This document shows, piece after piece, positions 62,437 through 64,000 of a stretch of DNA of 64,000 bases. This stretch comes from Anaeramoeba ignava BMAN (Eukaryota; Protista; Anaeramoebae), in assembly GCA_028826165.1 (NCBI GenBank), contig JAPDFW010000114.1, forward strand, positions 62,001-126,000, written 5' to 3'. The notes below the pieces were generated by a model. It saw only the letters and a program-made list of their open reading frames with translations, made no database searches and was not told the origin of the DNA. The position numbers were made by a program, and so were the translations under genes. Positions within the stretch are counted from its first letter, which is position 1. Each line of letters opens with the position of its first letter.

Positions 62437-63077
62437 TTCTTCTTCCTATCGCTTTTTCTTTCCCCTTTTATTCTTCTTTCTTCTAAAACTTGATCCGCTT
62501 TTCCCTTTTGTCTTCTTGATTCTCGTTTCTTTTGTTGACATTTTTTTTTTCTTCTTTTTTTTCTCTTTTGTTTTTGATACTATTTTTCTTACTTTTTTTT
62601 CTTTTTCTTAATTACTTCGTTTTTGGTTGAATTTCCATGTTTACTTTCATTCAATTGTTCTTTTTTTTTCATTCATTTTTTTTTTTGATTAATTTTTCAA
62701 GAAAACAAAAGTTACTTTTACTTTTACTTTTTTATTTTTACTTTTTTTCTTTTTATTTTTATTTAGAAAGAAGAAATTCCAAACAAGTATTTCTTTTGAT
62801 CAAAAAATAAAAACCAAAAAATTTAATTTAATTTTAATTTTAATTTGATTTAATTTAATTTAATTTAATTTAATTTAAAAAAGTTGATGAAATTTATTTT
62901 CAATTCTTTTTTTTTTTAAAAAATTTTGATTTAATTTTTCTTTTAAAAAAATCAAATAAAAAAATAACAAAATAAACACAAAAAAAATCCAAATCTGAAT
63001 TGAATATTGAATATTAAATTGAATATTGAATATTAAATTGATTTAAATATTGAATTGAATTAGATTTGGATAAATAA

Positions 63078-64000
63078 TCAAATCCCCATTTTGGCAATCA
63101 TCATCTTCCCATTCATTAATCCAATAATCAAAAAACCATAATGCTCACTAGCAGTAATAGCCGTCAAAGGTTCATTGAACTGGAAATACTCAACCATTTT
63201 CAAATTATGAATTTTGCGAATCTCAAGCCTTCCTTGATTGCTCCCAATAAGAAAATAATGATGATCCAAAAAAAACCAACAAGTGATATTACTAACTAAA
63301 ACATCCTTCATCAACTTTGCATTCAAAGAATAAAGACTAAGACAACGATTCTTTGAACAAAAAAGAATAATATATCCTTCAGAAATAATTTTTATGCGCG
63401 AAATGGGAGCATTTTCTTTGCGGATAATAGAACGGATATAACGGCCTTTGGAAAGAGAATAGAGAATACATGTGCTGTCTTGGGATCCGGAAACAACAAG
63501 ATCAAGATCCGAATCAACATCAACAGAAGTAACAGTATCATCATGACCAATCAAGACATGTAGAGGAGTTTCTTCAAGCTCGCCAGACTTGGGATTAAAC
63601 CGCCAAACAATCACAGAGCCATCACGAGATCCAGTGACAACAAACTGGTCTGAATCATCAATTGTAACACAGGTCACAACATCCTGATGGAAACATACAG
63701 ACTGGATCAATTTGTAATTGTCTGTGTCAAAGATCTTAATTGTGTTATCCCAGAATCCAACACAAACCAGAAACTTGCCTGTTTTTGTTGTCGCAAAACA
63801 TTGATCTATATTTGTGATCATTTGATCAAAAGTGACCCCCATTCGTTGAAATTTTGGGGGATTAAATGGATCAATTATAAACGGAACTTGATTTGCAAGT
63901 GTTTGTCCGCTTCGTGAAGGAAGAAAGAACTGGAATGTGTGAAGCATTCGGTTTTCATCAAGCATCACGATCTTGTCATAAGGCATATCAGAGATCTTAC
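63078..64000 (-). CDS. C-terminal WD40 repeats of a probable BEACH-domain (neurobeachin/LvsB-like) protein, 5'-truncated by the window
   Basis: VGFWDNTIK, HQDVVTCV, VTGSRDGSVIVW, P.HVLIGHDDTVTSV...DLDLVVSGSQD, typical of BEACH-WD40 tails. Confidence 0.82.
   Translation of the reverse strand, partial: KISDMPYDKIVMLDENRMLHTFQFFLPSRSGQTLANQVPFIIDPFNPPKFQRMGVTFDQMITNIDQCFATTKTGKFLVCVGFWDNTIKIFDTDNYKLIQSVCFHQDVVTCVTIDDSDQFVVTGSRDGSVIVWRFNPKSGELEETPLHVLIGHDDTVTSVDVDSDLDLVVSGSQDSTCILYSLSKGRYIRSIIRKENAPISRIKIISEGYIILFCSKNRCLSLYSLNAKLMKDVLVSNITCWFFLDHHYFLIGSNQGRLEIRKIHNLKMVEYFQFNEPLTAITASEHYGFLIIGLMNGKMMIAKMGI

Noticed and set aside
1-64000. Inteins, transposases, tRNA/rRNA genes, alternative genetic code
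   Set aside because: No Hint/LAGLIDADG or DDE motifs and no structured RNA recognised by eye; TAA, TAG and TGA all end genes at expected positions. Infernal/tRNAscan would be needed to exclude small RNAs.

Overview
Eukaryotic nuclear DNA from an extremely AT-rich, intron-containing protist. The gene content (TPLATE/TSET, RCC1-BTB, BTB-TLDc and ankyrin-BTB families, Q-N/E-N hexamer inserts, TCA initiator-like motif) suggests a free-living metamonad such as Anaeramoeba; this is inference. About 21 protein genes can be reconstructed by hand with phase-consistent GT-AG introns: a partial unknown gene, a vWA protein, TPLATE, ADA2, cathepsin B, two BTB-TLDc, an MFS transporter, a GPR1/FUN34/SatP channel, two RCC1-BTB, an AFG2B-like AAA ATPase, a neurofibromin-like RasGAP, a charge-block low-complexity protein, an AzgA permease, ankyrin-BTB, a C2/MUN protein, RAD17, a tandem pair of bacterial-like unknowns, a small orphan, a DHHC palmitoyltransferase, Ras and a partial BEACH-WD40 gene. 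No rRNA, tRNA, CRISPR, intein or transposase was recognised. The most notable signals are: (1) RCC1-BTB paralogues with near-identical scaffolds but whole-codon replacements at equivalent propeller-face positions, sharing a double-BTB cassette with an ankyrin protein (candidate diversifying receptor / Cullin-3 adaptor system); (2) kilobase, almost pure-AT 12-mer arrays filling first introns, plus 48-bp and ~144-bp satellites; (3) 8-nt and 21-nt micro-exons; (4) AAG / poly-A acceptors; (5) a strand-specific TCATTTTT motif at gene starts; (6) a 5'-to-3' switch from A-ending to T-ending synonymous codons. Several frameshifts sit in homopolymers and are probably consensus errors. All family calls come from motif recognition, not database searches.
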